Of a DNA stretch of 64,000 bases, positions 9,626-19,183 are shown in pieces (the first letter of the stretch is position 1; the number at the start of each line of letters is the position of its first letter). Made by a program: the position numbers and the translations under genes. The stretch covers positions 124,001 through 188,000 of IMG/VR virus record IMGVR_UViG_3300044846_005229. One strand, given 5' to 3'. Below the pieces are notes generated by a model. The model did no database searches, had not been told where the DNA came from, and saw only the letters and a program-made list of their open reading frames with translations.

Positions 9626-10039
9626 GGGTGGCGTTTCGCTTGGGACCCCTTAATTGTAAGCCATGGGTGGCCGGGTGTCAAGGTGCTGGCGGTTTTGTTT
9701 GCATTTCGTAATAATGCCAGTGGGAGTAATACAAACGTACTAGCTCACCCGGTGAGTTTGCGCTTCGGGTGTCGCGGTCCGGTGAGTTTGCCGGTCGGTG
9801 AGTTTGCGGTCCGGTGAGTTTACGCTTCGAGTGTGATGTTACAAAACTTAACACATCGGGGCAGGGAGTTTGACGGCAATGAGTTAGCCGCCCGGTGTCA
9901 ACACAAAACTTAACATTCCGGTAGCAATTTGACGGCAATGAGTTAGCTATTGGGTGTCAACACACCATGGCAGGGAGCATGTGAAACCAGCATAAAGAAA
10001 GGCCGCCGATTGGCAGCCCTTTACTATGCGGACTTTCGT

Positions 10040-10429
10040 TCACAAAGGGTTGAAATTATCATCCACATCATCCATTCTTTCAAACGTAGGGCAATGTAGC
10101 AGATTGCCACTTTGTGCATACCCGTCGATGACATATTGTGAATATTGCTTAATGTTTTGAACAGCATCTTTGCTGTCTACTGTATCCACGAACTTGCCCA
10201 TGTTATAGTATGAAATCTGATCACCATTGTGGAAGTGATAAACCCTCTTTAGAATGAGACGCATCCCACTCACAAAGAACTCCATATCGACTTGACATTC
10301 GTCCCCCACCCCAAAGTATACGGGGAATGTATACAAATCGTTAGGGGAGGGATTAGCCCAAGGGCTGGAATTTTCCCACTGAAGGGTAACTGAAGTCGTC
10401 CCACGGGAAATGATCGAGGGGGTGGGCAT
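10040..10429 (-). CDS. cassette gene, hypothetical
   Basis: Own promoter at 10453 and downstream hairpin. Confidence 0.7.
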   Translation of the reverse strand: MPTPSIISRGTTSVTLQWENSSPWANPSPNDLYTFPVYFGVGDECQVDMEFFVSGMRLILKRVYHFHNGDQISYYNMGKFVDTVDSKDAVQNIKQYSQYVIDGYAQSGNLLHCPTFERMDDVDDNFNPL

Positions 10430-10732
10430 GGTGCGTTCCGGTTGACTCTGTAATTATAGCATGGGGCGGGAGCCTGCTGTGGGTTTCCGGGAGTTTTGTT
10501 TGCATTCCGTAATAATGCCGGGTCGGTGAGTTTACGCTTCGGTAAGTTGACTATCGGGTGCGATGTTACAAAACTTAACATTCCGGTGGCAGTTTGCGGT
10601 TCGGGTGTGATGTTACAAAACTTAACACATCATGGCAGGGAGTTTGACGGCAGGGAGTTAAACCTTGAACAGCAAAAATACCGACTACAAAAAGGTCCCG
10701 GCGAACCGGGACGGGTGGGGGGGCCAAGGCCA

Positions 10733-10963
10733 TCATGCGAAGCCGTAGCGTTGCATTAGGGCCTTAGTGGCAATGCGTTCTGCCCCCGTCATGTAGTCCA
10801 ACAGGTGTTCAGCGCCGTCTGCGGAGACCTCCTCGAATGCCTCTTCTTTCTTGATTCCATAGTGGCTGGAAATGTTGCCCAGAATGTTATCCCGGGTGGC
10901 TGCATCAATCGCAACGAGGAAAACGTAGTTCAGCCTGCCCTGGGGAACGGTGGTGGTGGTCAT
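10733..10963 (-). CDS. cassette gene, hypothetical
   Basis: Start MTTTTVPQG; promoter at 10989; UUCG terminator. Confidence 0.7.
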   Translation of the reverse strand: MTTTTVPQGRLNYVFLVAIDAATRDNILGNISSHYGIKKEEAFEEVSADGAEHLLDYMTGAERIATKALMQRYGFA

Positions 10964-11297
10964 TTGCCTTTCGGTGCGGGACCCCCTAATTGTAGCACAC
11001 TGCGGGGGCCTGCTGTGGGGTGCCGGTGGTTGTCGGTAGTTTTGTTTGCGTTTTGTTACCATTGGGAATTAGCCGCCAGGAGTAATACACTTGTACTAGC
11101 TCACCCGGTGGTATAATCCCGCAGGCACTTTACGCTTCGGGTTAGTTGTAACAAAACTTAATAATCCGGTGAGTTAACTACCGGGTGCCAACACAAAACT
11201 TAACACATCGTGGCAGGGAGTTTGACCGTAATGAGTTAAACCCCCAAACAGCAAGCCCCAGCAAAGCCAGGGCAGTAGCAACAACCTGATGCAACCC

Positions 11298-11504
11298 TCA
11301 ACCTCGCGCAACCCTGGCAAAGTCCAGATCGGGATAAACCACCAGCTCCCTAGGCAGGCTGCGGGCGCGACGGGCCCAGGCGTACTCGTCGGTGTACATC
11401 GCCTCGATGCGGGCATTATCACGGGCCACGACAGCGGTGATACGCTCACGGGCGGCAGCGCGGCGGTCGGAGGCGATCTGGGCGCGGTAGGTGGTGGGGG
11501 CCAT
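11298..11504 (-). CDS. cassette gene, hypothetical
   Basis: Promoter at 11532. Confidence 0.65.
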   Translation of the reverse strand: MAPTTYRAQIASDRRAAARERITAVVARDNARIEAMYTDEYAWARRARSLPRELVVYPDLDFARVARG

Positions 11505-11888
11505 TTGCCGTTTGGTGCGGTTGACTCTGTAATTGTAGCATATGGCCGGGGGTGCTGGGTGGTGCCGGTAGGTGCCGGGGGGTTTTGTTTACGTTTGGTT
11601 GCCATTGGGGGTTAGCCGCCAGGAGTAATACACTTGTACTAGCTCACCCGGTGAGTTTACGCTTCGGGTGTGATGTTACAAAACTTAACAATCCGGTGGC
11701 AGCTTCACGGCAATGAGTTAGCTATCCGGTGTCAACACAAAACTTAACATTTCTGGGGTAGCTTCACGGCAATGAGTTAGCTATCCGGTGTCAACACAAA
11801 ACTTAACACATCAAGGCAGGGAGTTTGACGACAAAGAGTTATCGCACCGGCCAGCAAAAAGCCCCCGGATGATGGAGGCAGTATGGGC

Positions 11889-12179
11889 TCAATCAACGAT
11901 AGCTGACCACTCGTTGGCATCAATGCCAGGGTGGACGTGTGCCTCGTAAAGACGGGTGCCGTCAGTGAGCTGGGCGACACAGAGGTAGTGATCTGTTTGG
12001 GCCATGCAACCAGCAATGTGGAGAACCGCGCCGGTTGCGGCGTGGCGAAAATCGGCAAGGTCGCTGATATAAGTGGTGCCGATGACAGCAGATTGCTTGC
12101 GCATGTACGGGGTGCTGGCACGCTCGGCAGCCTGCTCGGCGATGGTCAGAACCTCTTCGTCGGTGAGGGTGGTGGCCAT
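11889..12179 (-). CDS. cassette gene, hypothetical
   Basis: Start MATTLTDEE; promoter at 12208. Confidence 0.7.
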   Translation of the reverse strand: MATTLTDEEVLTIAEQAAERASTPYMRKQSAVIGTTYISDLADFRHAATGAVLHIAGCMAQTDHYLCVAQLTDGTRLYEAHVHPGIDANEWSAIVD

Positions 12180-12256
12180 GGGTGACTCCCGGTTGGTGAC
12201 TCTGTGATCATAGCATGGATGGGCCAGGGAACGCAAGCCCCCTAACCCCGTGGCGC

Positions 12257-12418
12257 TCAGGCGACTCTGACGTGGAGGCCCCGAGCGATCTCTTTAAGTT
12301 CGGACTCAGAGCGGAAAACCAGCATGAGCCAGAAATCTCCGGTGACTTCAAGATTGTTAGCCTTGATGACGTTCATGATGTCGTGGCGGAGGGCTTGCTT
12401 GCGTTGGGTGGTGGTCAT
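12257..12418 (-). CDS. cassette gene, conserved cyanophage small protein
   Basis: Start MTTTQRKQ; LEVTGDFWLMLVFRSESEL. Confidence 0.7.
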   Translation of the reverse strand: MTTTQRKQALRHDIMNVIKANNLEVTGDFWLMLVFRSESELKEIARGLHVRVA

Positions 12419-12468
12419 GGGTGGCTCCCGGTTGGTTGACTCTGTAATTATAGCACGGGGCCGTAGAG

Positions 12469-12702
12469 TCAGCAATAAGCGTTTAGAGATCCGTATGGAT
12501 TGGCCGAAAGATTGAAAAAACCCTCGTAGCTTTCCGCTTCAGTGCGTGCCATTGGCATCAATGGAGGGGGTGACTGAGAGGAGCCCCACTGGTGGCGATC
12601 ATTTGCTCTAGCGAGGTGATGATGATGCTTAATCCTGGAGCGTGTTTCACTCCAGTAGCAAGCGGTTCCATGAAAGTAGCCGTAGCCGGTCGAATTGGTC
12701 AT
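12469..12702 (-). CDS. cassette gene, hypothetical
   Basis: Start MTNSTGYGY; promoter at 12735. Confidence 0.6.
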   Translation of the reverse strand: MTNSTGYGYFHGTACYWSETRSRIKHHHHLARANDRHQWGSSQSPPPLMPMARTEAESYEGFFNLSANPYGSLNAYC

Positions 12703-12757
12703 GGGTGGTGATGCCGGTAGTTTGGGACTCCGCAATTATAGCATGAATGGCAGGGGG

Positions 12758-12964
12758 TTAGTCGTCGTTCCAGCATTGGCACCTAGGGTCAAGTACCCCA
12801 CAGCCCCGGCACGCCATCGAGATGAGACGCAATCGCTCGTCATCGCTTAGCTGTGCAAACTTAGCGGCAGCAGCCCCAAACTTACTTTCAACCGGCTTCC
12901 ATGACCCGTCTGGAGTGGTGCGAAACCAGAGAATGCCGCCCTCAAACTTCTCTTCGTAATACAT
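12758..12964 (-). CDS. cassette gene with C-terminal Cys cluster
   Basis: CRGCGVLDPRCQCWNDD; promoter at 12989. Confidence 0.7.
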   Translation of the reverse strand: MYYEEKFEGGILWFRTTPDGSWKPVESKFGAAAAKFAQLSDDERLRLISMACRGCGVLDPRCQCWNDD

Positions 12965-13087
12965 AGTGCCTTCGGGGTGGTGACTCTGTAATTATAGCAG
13001 GTTGGGGGCCGTAGCTGTGGGCGCTGTTGAGTTTTGTAACAATCGATGCGGAAAGGGGTCACCGGCTGGCAACCCCCCCCTTAGCAA

Positions 13088-13360
13088 TCAGCCCATCCCC
13101 GCAACCCTAGCAAGCTCTTGCATGGTGCAGGGGGAAGAACCCATCAGAGGCAAAATCGCAACTTCCATATGCGAATGCAGATTCTGCCAGCGAATAGCAG
13201 CAGCAGCAGCATCCTCAATGGACCAGCCTTCTACGGGGCCACCCTGCAGGAACCAGCGGCGCTGATGGGCTGTGGGGGTCTCAGGCTTGACGCGAGCCCA
13301 CAGGCGGTAGGTTGTTGCCGGGGCGGCGGGTTGCATCGGGGCGGTGGTTGCAGTAGCCAT
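13088..13360 (-). CDS. cassette gene, hypothetical
   Basis: Start MATATTAP; promoter at 13389. Confidence 0.65.
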   Translation of the reverse strand: MATATTAPMQPAAPATTYRLWARVKPETPTAHQRRWFLQGGPVEGWSIEDAAAAAIRWQNLHSHMEVAILPLMGSSPCTMQELARVAGMG

Positions 13361-13501
13361 CGTTGCGGTGTCGGTTGGGGACCTCGTAATTATAGCACAG
13401 GGGGCCAGAGAACACAATCCCTAACCCCTCGTGACGGCAGGCAGGGGGCCAACACAGTGTCAACCCCATGGCATTGTCAACCCTTGGGCATTGTCAACCC
13501 C

Positions 13502-13741
13502 TCAAACGGCAGCCAGGGCATCCAGGGCGGCAGCCAGGGCGGTGGAGGGGAAGTAGCGGTCCTCACCTTCGCAGATATCCGACAGGCACCAGCGGAAACC
13601 ACGACGGGTCGCATCAGCGGTCAGGATGTAGTCGGCACCTTTGAAGAAGGCACGGGATCCTTCGCTAAATTCCACACCGGCAGGGAGGCCTTTGCGGATG
13701 GCAGCGTTGATCATGGCGGAGGGGGTTGTGAGGCAGACCAT
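13502..13741 (-). CDS. cassette gene, hypothetical
   Basis: Promoter at 13768. Confidence 0.65.
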   Translation of the reverse strand: MVCLTTPSAMINAAIRKGLPAGVEFSEGSRAFFKGADYILTADATRRGFRWCLSDICEGEDRYFPSTALAAALDALAAV

Positions 13742-14064
13742 TTGCCGGGGGGGTGCGTTACCTCGTAATTATAGCACAGGGCCGAGGGTGCTGGGGGGTT
13801 GCCGGTAGGTGCCGGTGGTTTTGTTTACATCTGGTAACATTGCCGGTCAATGAGTTTGCAGTTCGGTGAGTTAACTATCGGGTGTGATGTTACATAACTT
13901 AACATACTGGGGCAGGGAGTTTAACGGCAATGAGTTTACTGCCAGGTGGCGACACAAAACTTAACACATCAAGGCAGGGAGTTTGACGACAAAGAGTTAT
14001 TGCACCGGCCAACAAAAAAAACCCCGGCGAACCGGGGCAGGGGCAGGGCAGTATCGGGGGGGTA

Positions 14065-14277
14065 TCAGCCTACGCCTTGTCCCCAGACGGTTAAGCAGCG
14101 GTCTCGGGCGACCCGGTAGGATTCAAGCTCCCTGCGGTTGAGATCCAACATGGGGCGATAACCGTTGATACCAGCCTCACATGCCGCTTTCCAAGCAGCC
14201 TCAGCACGGTCGATAGCGCATTGGGCGATATTAGCCCAAGCATCGGCGGAGATGGTTGCGGTGGTGGTGGGGGCCAT
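14065..14277 (-). CDS. cassette gene, hypothetical
   Basis: Start MAPTTT; promoter at 14302; UUCG terminator. Confidence 0.65.
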   Translation of the reverse strand: MAPTTTATISADAWANIAQCAIDRAEAAWKAACEAGINGYRPMLDLNRRELESYRVARDRCLTVWGQGVG

Positions 14278-14419
14278 TGCCGTTTGGTGCGGTACCCTGA
14301 AATTATAGCATGGTGCAGGGGCAATTGCGGGGTGCCGTTTGATGACGTTTGGTAACAATGCCGTTTGAGTAGTAGGTTTGTACTAGCTTGCCCGTGGTTT
14401 GTTTGCGGTCCGGGTGTGA

Positions 14420-14660
14420 TGTTACAAAACTTAACATTCCGATGGCAGTTTGTGAGTCTGTATTAACTACCCGGTGGCAACACAAAACTTAACATTCCGA
14501 TGGCAGTTTGTGAGTCTGTATTAACTACCCGGTGGCAACACAAAACTTAACATTCCGATGGCAGTTTGACGGCAAGGAGTTTACCATCAGGTGCCAACAC
14601 AAAACTTAACATTCCGATGGCAGTTTGACGGCAAGGAGTTTACCATCAGGTGGCAACACC
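14420..14660 (+). repeat. tandem amplification of the HLR1-like spacer unit (two 59-bp and two shorter copies)
   Basis: acaaaacttaacattccgatggcagtttg repeated four times. Confidence 0.9.
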
Positions 14661-14717
14661 ACGGCAAGGAGTAATACACTTGCACAAGTGTGTCCGGTGG
14701 TAATACCAGGTGTCAAT

Positions 14718-14793
14718 ATGGGGACTGTGGGGATCGAACCCAAACCTCCGCCGATTTATGAGATCGGAGCATTCACCAGATTGCTAAGCCCCC
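14718..14793 (-). tRNA. tRNA-Met/Ile2 (anticodon CAT), possibly degenerate
   Basis: Anticodon arm CCGAT-CTCATAA-ATCGG, GGTTCGATCC T-loop; G1 mismatch, weak T-stem, no CCA. Confidence 0.7.
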
Positions 14794-14822
14794 GTGTTTT
14801 CAGTTTGCCCTAGTTTGAGTTT

Positions 14823-14938
14823 TGTTGCGCTTCGTGATGATAGGCACGGCATGTTGCGCTTCGTGATGATGGGCATGGCATGTTGCGCTTCGTGGCGATA
14901 GGCACGGCATGTTGCGCTTCGTGATGGTAGGCATGGTG
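14823..14938 (+). repeat. 4 x 29-bp tandem repeat resembling the -10/leader module
   Basis: tgttgcgcttcgtgatgataggcacggca and variants at 14823, 14852, 14881, 14910. Confidence 0.85.
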
Positions 14939-14957
14939 CTGTTACGTTCTGCAACAT

Positions 14958-15215
14958 TCAAACCATTCTCACCATCGGGTGAAGATGCGAGCCGGTTTTC
15001 GGGTCTGGCGGATAGATTCGGAGGGTGATAACTTCGTCACCATACGCTTCGATGACATCCTCCAGACTGGGGAACCAGTCTCCAGTGTAGCCGTCTATGA
15101 CGCAGAATTCGTAGTCGTCGCCATCTGCATAACCATCGGCAAGAACCGGCGTGATATTGGCAGGCAGATCGCCCAACCTGGTGAGGATGGCATCCAGGGT
15201 AGTTGCGGTGACCAT
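14958..15215 (-). CDS. cassette gene, acidic hypothetical
   Basis: DGYADGDDYEF; promoter at 15241. Confidence 0.7.
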   Translation of the reverse strand: MVTATTLDAILTRLGDLPANITPVLADGYADGDDYEFCVIDGYTGDWFPSLEDVIEAYGDEVITLRIYPPDPKTGSHLHPMVRMV

Positions 15216-15320
15216 TTGCGGTTTGGGTAGTGACTCTGTAAGTATAGCATAGGGCCAACGGAACCGTCAACCCCTGGATTTAATCCTGCGGCAGGCAAGG
15301 GGCCAACACAGTGGCAACCA

Positions 15321-15497
15321 TCACCCAATGCCTTCCCGGTCGTATTCGCCAAAGGTTGCCTCAAATTCTGCACGGTCATCGTAGAATTCAGCCTGAGCGT
15401 CGGGATCACCGTCAGCCAGGGCTTGGAGGAATTTTAGGGTATCGCCGTCAGTGGCGGTGGTGGTGGTGGCGGTAATGGTTGTTGAAGTGGGGGCCAT
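15321..15497 (-). CDS. cassette gene, 58-aa acidic protein
   Basis: MAPTSTTITATTTTATDGDTLKFLQALADGDPDAQAEFYDDRAEFEATFGEYDREGIG; promoter at 15521. Confidence 0.65.
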   Translation of the reverse strand: MAPTSTTITATTTTATDGDTLKFLQALADGDPDAQAEFYDDRAEFEATFGEYDREGIG

Positions 15498-16094
15498 TTT
15501 TTTCTCCGGGGTGTCTGTCTATTGTAGCATAGTGCTGGGGGGTTGGGGTTTGCGGGTCGGGTGCCTCGGGATGGATGCCAGGGGTTGGATTCCAGGGGTT
15601 GGATTCCAGGGGTATCGTTGACTCCTAGGGGTGAGGTGGACAGTTTGTTAAGTGTCCATCTGACCTAAAGGAGTATCGTGCCAGGGAGTTTGGTGCCCAA
15701 GGGTTAGTGCCAGTATTAGACTTTGGGTGCGTTTTATGAGTAATGTGGAACCTCAGGGTGCTTTTTGCGAGTAATGTGGAACGCCCCAAAATAAAAATCG
15801 AAAATTCAATCCTTGAGATCGACTGCAGCGGAACGGAGTTACTCCTAAAAAAATTAAAAATTTTAGGACCTAGTTGAAATCCATCCAAAAAATTCTACAT
15901 TTGAATGCATATTATGCACCCTACTACTATAATCGCATATAAATTATTTAATAGAGTGTACTTATGTTAGTTGTACAATCAATAAGTTTTTCTTATTCTT
16001 AGGTACAATCAATGAGTTAAGGGCCAGAAGACAAAAAAAAAGGGGGGATAACCCTAAGGCAATCCCCCATTCTTTGTACTAAGTTTATCGCCAA

Positions 16095-16433
16095 TCAATC
16101 ATTCTTGGCCTTCCATGCACGCAACCGGCTAATTGCCTCCTCTACGCTGCTGGCATTAGACTTGCGGAATTTGGCCGTTTTGCTATAGGAAAACATTTCA
16201 ATCTTCCCACCCCCGATGGAAAACATTGCGTAGCGGGAATTGTGGAAGATTCCGTTAATCCATTCTTCCTTAGGGTCTAGGGATACCTTGACGATTAGGG
16301 AAGCGTTTTGCTCACCGCCAAGGGTAGACCTTTGCACAGAAGAAACCGGGAAGGTGGCATTCAGGGAAGCAGCCAGGGTGTCGCGATCGGTTTCGGTCGG
16401 GATGAAGGCAGTTGCGAGGGTTGCGGTGGCCAT
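16095..16433 (-). CDS. cassette gene, hypothetical
   Basis: TTGCGC-N17-TATAAT promoter; hairpin plus T-run at 16032-16070. Confidence 0.75.
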   Translation of the reverse strand: MATATLATAFIPTETDRDTLAASLNATFPVSSVQRSTLGGEQNASLIVKVSLDPKEEWINGIFHNSRYAMFSIGGGKIEMFSYSKTAKFRKSNASSVEEAISRLRAWKAKND

Positions 16434-16511
16434 GGGGCGCTCCGGTGGGTGACCCTGTAATTATAGCACGAAAGGGAAGGGGGCGCAAGCCCCCCAACCC
16501 CCGGCCATCAC

Positions 16512-16808
16512 TCACACAGCAGGGACCCGGCTACCGGCAGCGATCACCCCTTTGCCTTTCATCTCATCCAGCAGGGTAACGAAAGCGGCAGCGATGGCGT
16601 TCTTGGTGGCACGACCGGTTAGCTCAACCCGGAAACTCCGGCAGCTGAAGGGCAGGCATGTGAACATGCTGTAGCCGGTGCGGGTCTCTACAGTGCCCTC
16701 ACTGGCAGTAACCCTAGCAGGGCGGCCAGCGGGCTTGTAGAAGGTTACCTGGAAGACAGCTCCAGGGTTGTCAAGGCTGTTCACGTAGAAGGAATTGGGG
16801 GTTGCCAT
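16512..16808 (-). CDS. cassette gene, hypothetical
   Basis: Start MATPNS; promoter at 16845. Confidence 0.7.
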   Translation of the reverse strand: MATPNSFYVNSLDNPGAVFQVTFYKPAGRPARVTASEGTVETRTGYSMFTCLPFSCRSFRVELTGRATKNAIAAAFVTLLDEMKGKGVIAAGSRVPAV

Positions 16809-16895
16809 TGCGGTTCGGGGTGGTTGCCGTTGGTTGACTCTGTAATTGTACCATACAGCAGGCAGGGGGGCGCAAGCCCCCAACCACTCAAGGCA

Positions 16896-17228
16896 TCAAA
16901 TGGCCAGGGCTCGGACGCCTATGATCTTGCCTTCCCCGTCTCTCACTACGTTCTGGGGGCCAGTATCTGGGCGGTAAAGATCGGTCCGGTTGGGGGCTGC
17001 CTGTTGAACCAACATAGAAACAACAAAAATAGTACCCTCTTCGGGATCAGGGAGATTCTCTACATCCCCAAAAGTAGTCCGGGTGACGGGGATTCCATTA
17101 ATTTTGAATACCTCTTCTGTTACTGAAGATACCCGTGCCGCAGGAGCGGTTGGGGCAATAGTAAAGACTTCTCCGTTCTCCTTGTACAGATGAAGGGGGT
17201 GGGGGGTGAGGTTGATGATGGTGGCCAT
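16896..17228 (-). CDS. cassette gene, conserved viral NLTPH-motif protein
   Basis: IINLTPH...LPDPEEGTIFVVS...VRD.EGKIIG pattern recalled from diverse viruses. Confidence 0.75.
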   Translation of the reverse strand: MATIINLTPHPLHLYKENGEVFTIAPTAPAARVSSVTEEVFKINGIPVTRTTFGDVENLPDPEEGTIFVVSMLVQQAAPNRTDLYRPDTGPQNVVRDGEGKIIGVRALAI

Positions 17229-17311
17229 TGCGGCGTTCCGGTGTGGTTGACTCTGTAATTATAGCACAAAGGGGAAGGGGGGCAACCCTAAGGCAAACCC
17301 CAGGCCATCAC

Positions 17312-17560
17312 TCACACGGCGGGCAGGTAAATCTCTAGGGTATAGGTAACCTCAGCCTCATTATAGGCAGCCAAGGTATCGGCCAGCTCCCCAAGTGACA
17401 CATAGTCGCTGTATTCACCATCATCTACAAGGAAATCGACCTCATCGCCATCGGCAGGTTCTTCCGACAGGAAGGGAGCGCAGAACGGGCTCAGCGTAAC
17501 GGGCAAGGTGGCGAGGATTTCAGCCAGGGTAGGAGCAGTGGGGGCGGTTGCGGTAGCCAT
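17312..17560 (-). CDS. cassette gene, highly acidic protein
   Basis: EEPADGDEVDFLVDDGEYSDY; no K or R in the sequence. Confidence 0.7.
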   Translation of the reverse strand: MATATAPTAPTLAEILATLPVTLSPFCAPFLSEEPADGDEVDFLVDDGEYSDYVSLGELADTLAAYNEAEVTYTLEIYLPAV

Positions 17561-17628
17561 GGTGCGGTCTCGGTGGGTGACTCTGTAATTATAGCACGAA
17601 AGGGAAGGGGGCGCAAGCCCCCCACAAG

Positions 17629-17808
17629 TTAGAATCTGATGACGGGATGGCCGGGGTCAAGAGTGTCACATGCTTCAGTTGTGAAAACCAACTTAACTTT
17701 CTGGCCAAAATGCTCATCAATTCCCTCGTCATAAACTGTAACGTTAGAGTCTAGTTGTTCATCGGTGAATTGTTGCAGTTGCTGAAGCAGTTCCCGGTAG
17801 GTAATCAT
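17629..17808 (-). CDS. conserved cyanophage small protein (59 aa)
   Basis: MITYRELLQQLQQFTDEQLDSNVTVYDEGIDEH...TLDPGHPVIRF, hand-translated. Confidence 0.7.
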   Translation of the reverse strand: MITYRELLQQLQQFTDEQLDSNVTVYDEGIDEHFGQKVKLVFTTEACDTLDPGHPVIRF

Positions 17809-17962
17809 TGCGGTTCGGTGTGGGACCCCTTAATTATTACACATCGGTAGGCAGAACGCAAGAGGCCGGGTCGTTTGTTTGCGTTTTGTGACAGTGCCAC
17901 GCGAGTAGTATGTTTGTACTAACTGACCCGGTATCAATACCAGTAGGCAATGAGTTTGCCTA

Positions 17963-17997
17963 AGTATAAAAAAAAGAGGGGGCTGTCAACCCCCCCT
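17963..17997 (-). terminator. terminator hairpin with embedded promoter
   Basis: AGGGGGG-TTGACAG-CCCCCCT followed by T-run; TTGACA-N16-TATACT. Confidence 0.6.
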
Positions 17998-18019
17998 AAC
18001 TCAACTATCATTCTTACCA

Positions 18020-18256
18020 TCATTCGCAAACTTTCGGTAGTACGGTACCATGCACCAAATAGCCATACCTTTCGATGCCATACTTGTGCAAAATATGCAC
18101 ATTGGGCCATGATTCGCCTTGTCCCCAAGTACCTGACTGACTCATACGCTCAAAAGCACATTCAACGCTGTTACGCAGCCAGGAATGATCGATACGGGAT
18201 GCTGATGCCGCTTGGTTGCTGCGGTAGTTGCGGTACTTGGGGGCGGGGAATGCCAT
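18020..18256 (-). CDS. cassette gene, hypothetical
   Basis: Start MAFPAPK; promoter at 18286. Confidence 0.55.
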   Translation of the reverse strand: MAFPAPKYRNYRSNQAASASRIDHSWLRNSVECAFERMSQSGTWGQGESWPNVHILHKYGIERYGYLVHGTVLPKVCE

Positions 18257-19183
18257 TGTTGCCGGTGGTTGGTTGGCTCCGTAATTATAGCACATTGCCT
18301 CGGGGGTTGGGGCCCCGGATTGCTGACTCCCAAGGTGTGGTGGACAGTTTGTAAACTGTCTATTTGACTTCGTGAGTTTGACTTTTAGGGTTTGATTCTG
18401 GGGTGTGTTTTCGGGGTCAATGTGGAATCTCAGAGTGCTTTTTGCAGGTAATGTAGAATGCCTAATTTGAAAAGTCTGAAAGTCAACCGCTGAGATCGAC
18501 TGCAGGGCAACGGAGTTACTCCTAAAAAAATTAAAAATTTTAGGACCTAGTGAAAAACGATCCAAAAAATTCTACATTTGAATGCATATTCTGCACCCTA
18601 GGGTCTTTATATACACTTTTTCGCGAATATATGTATAATAAGTGTTTATTCTATGTTGTTATAGTTTGTTGTTGATGAGTCCAAGTAATAAACAACTGGG
18701 ATACGGTCTCAACAGTCTCAGTTAAGTATCGGAATGATGTCACACTTCAAGAGTAAGCAGATGGGTGCGTTTTTCCAGTAATGTAGAAACCCGGGGTGCA
18801 TTTTGCCGGTAATGTAGAATGCCCCAAATTAAAAACCTGAAATTCAATCCCTGAGATCGACTGCAGGGGAACGGAGTTACTCCTAAAATTTTTGAATTTT
18901 TTAGGACCTAATGGAAAACCATCCAAAAAATTCTACATTTGAATGCAAATTCTGCACCCTACTACTATATACTCGCGTAAAAATTATTTAATAGAAGACT
19001 CTTATCTTAATGTCTAGACAGATAAGTAATTCTTATCAATCTAATCCCCCATCAAACCGCAATGTTGTGGGCTATTCGAGGATGCTAACCGGAGTCTCAC
19101 CAAATAGCAAAGGGGCCGATGCCTAAGCACCAACCCCCAAACATTAAACTAAGGTCAATCTAAGGCCAAACCAAAGTCCGAAT

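Larger units (their letters stand above)
5938..14615 (+). repeat. dispersed HLR1-like repeat G(T/A)(T/C)ACAAA-AC-TTAACA, about 21 copies
   Basis: Copies near 5938, 7088, 7130, 7578, 7640, 7760, 9838, 9900, 10565, 10612, 11148, 11190, 11675, 11734, 11793, 13889, 13950, 14421, 14479, 14538, 14597. Confidence 0.9.
6020..17920. promoter_or_regulatory. about 12 cyanobacterial LexA-box-like palindromes
   Basis: AGTACACTTGTACT at 6020-6033; variants at 7040, 7672, 7792, 7852, 7942, 9728, 11084, 11627, 14371, 14673, 17907. Confidence 0.55.

Noticed and set aside
14420-14660. CRISPR array suggested by a repeated 29-bp unit
   Set aside because: The intervening sequences are duplicated in pairs rather than unique spacers, the same unit is dispersed elsewhere, and no cas genes are in the window.
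15890-15910. TTCTAC/GTAGA similarity to the Cas12a repeat stem
   Set aside because: The two halves are over 100 bp apart and there is no repeat-spacer structure.
5938-17920. NtcA sites (GTA-N8-TAC)
   Set aside because: The repeats give GTT-N9-AAC or GTA-N9-TAC. The spacing fits HLR1 and LexA better.
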